Below, in pieces: positions 54,880 to 56,121 of a DNA stretch of 56,121 nt (positions within the stretch are counted from its first letter, which is position 1; every line of letters begins with the position of its first letter). The DNA is from an uncultured virus (IMG/VR IMGVR_UViG_3300044530_000636). Its lineage: Duplodnaviria > Heunggongvirae > Uroviricota > Caudoviricetes. The position numbers and the translations under genes were made by a program. The stretch lies in the IMG/VR virus record IMGVR_UViG_3300044530_000636; one strand, given 5' to 3'. The notes under the pieces were generated by a model. It had not been told where the DNA came from. It saw only the letters and a list, made by a program, of their open reading frames with translations, and did no database searches.

Positions 54880-55637
54880 ACTTGAATCCTCATCTTGTCT
54901 TTAAGAATTATATATTCTTTTACAAGAGCCGATCTTACAATATCTTCAGCGTCAAATTCTACAAGTTCAAATGATCTCATGTTCTTAACAACTCTCATGA
55001 AATCGTTAAGCCCATTCTTCTCATGCTCTCTTGTGAAGTCAGACTGCCTAAAGTCTCCACAAAATATTACCTTACAGTTATGACCAACACGAGTAATGAC
55101 AGAATCTAGTTCGTGAAGAGTAGCGTTCTGCATTTCGTCGACAATAACTATACAATCGTTGAGAGTAATACCACGTATAAAAGATGTAGAAATAAACTCA
55201 ACGAGATTCTTATTTTTAAGATAATCGTATGCGTCTCCTCTGCCAAATAATTCATGACAGATTGCATAGTAAGGAGCCTCATATACCTTTGTCTTTTCCT
55301 TGTTGTTTCCTGGCAAGAAACCCATGTCTCTTGTAGGAACTACTGTTCTAACAATAACAACTTTCTTATAAACACATTCTGGGTTGTTTAGAATTTGTTT
55401 AAGAGATAGATACATGGCCATGAAGGACTTACCTGTTCCAGCAATACCATGTAACATTAGATTCATATCTTCAGAGAATGCTTTGAAAGTCCATCTTTGG
55501 TTTTCCGTCAATGGATCAAAGTGTCTCAGATTAAAATTTAATTTCTCTTGATAATTTTCCTTTGGTTGTTTACCTGATTGGCGAAGAAGTCTTTTCTCTC
55601 TACGAGTTAGTCTTTTTGTTCCGTGTTCTTCTTCCAT
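54876..55637 (-). CDS. phoH: PhoH-family ATPase
   Basis: GIAGTGKS, MGFLPG, FIRGITL, IVDEMQN, CGDFRQSD, DIVRS. Confidence 0.93.
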   Translation of the reverse strand: MEEEHGTKRLTRREKRLLRQSGKQPKENYQEKLNFNLRHFDPLTENQRWTFKAFSEDMNLMLHGIAGTGKSFMAMYLSLKQILNNPECVYKKVVIVRTVVPTRDMGFLPGNNKEKTKVYEAPYYAICHELFGRGDAYDYLKNKNLVEFISTSFIRGITLNDCIVIVDEMQNATLHELDSVITRVGHNCKVIFCGDFRQSDFTREHEKNGLNDFMRVVKNMRSFELVEFDAEDIVRSALVKEYIILKDKMRIQV

Positions 55638-55645
55638 TTTACCCC

Positions 55646-55888
55646 TTAGAATGTGTTAATGGTCGACCTACTTATACCTTTTTGGTTTCCCTTCTTGATA
55701 TGTTTCAACAGATCACGGAACGAAGCGTCAGGTTTCGCCATGCCTCTGCCAGAATGGATCATAGGAGCGCCATTTACGAGTTGAGTTACATGTGGGTTTT
55801 CTTCAAGATAAACTTCAAGAGCAGAGATGCTCATGAAGTCTTCATACTCTTCGCCAGTTTCATTGTTTAAGAACTTATACGTTGGCAT
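55646..55888 (-). CDS. Conserved small phage protein (MPTY..NETGE family)
   Basis: MPTYKFLNNETGEEYEDFMSIS..NPHV; start set at MPTY. Confidence 0.65.
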   Translation of the reverse strand: MPTYKFLNNETGEEYEDFMSISALEVYLEENPHVTQLVNGAPMIHSGRGMAKPDASFRDLLKHIKKGNQKGISRSTINTF

Positions 55889-56063
55889 CTTTGCTCTTTC
55901 CCATGTAGGAATTCTTGCCCATGGTGCCAGTGACCATGGGCGCTCCGTTAATAAGTAGCTCAACGTGAGGATGTTCTTCGATCTTCTGTTCCATCTCGGA
56001 GATAGACATTAGTTCTTCCCACTCTTCGCCAGTCTGTGTATTACGTAGCTTATAGATAGGCAT
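55875..56063 (-). CDS. Paralogue of the adjacent small protein
   Basis: MPIYKLRNTQTGEEWEELMSIS..HPHV..NGAPM. Confidence 0.6.
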   Translation of the reverse strand: MPIYKLRNTQTGEEWEELMSISEMEQKIEEHPHVELLINGAPMVTGTMGKNSYMGKSKDANV

Positions 56064-56121
56064 TAATATTTCCAATTGTTATCAATAATATCATCAGAAA
56101 TATCTTGCTCTTCATCTTCTA

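Overview
56-kb segment of a large T4-like (myovirus-type) phage genome, mostly + strand. 1-12.4 kb: Asn/Ser/Thr-rich tail fibre and virion proteins, a Gly-rich collagen-like protein and two 2OG-Fe(II) oxygenases. 12.4-27.7 kb: the T4 core morphogenesis block (gp13-gp23, gp3) with TATAAATA late promoters. 27.8-34.2 kb: uvsY, uvsW, gp55, gp47/46, a PRTase and peptide deformylase. 34.3-41 kb: a translationally coupled candidate DNA-hypermodification operon (TET/JBP oxygenase, class-II glutamine amidotransferase, GNAT, amino-acid:DNA transferase, P-loop kinase, flanked by MazG-like, DUF3310-like and GT-A genes). 41-46 kb: gp45, gp44, gp62, regA and small ORFs. 46.3-53.1 kb: about 28 tRNAs covering all 20 amino acids plus one tRNA-like RNA, interleaved with two homing endonucleases, a phosphoesterase, an oxygenase and several unexplained structured RNAs, ending at a zinc deaminase. 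The last 2.6 kb is a convergent minus-strand block (exonuclease, PhoH). tRNA-His without G-1 and with A73 suggests an alphaproteobacterial host. All calls come from motif recognition and manual folding; no searches were run.
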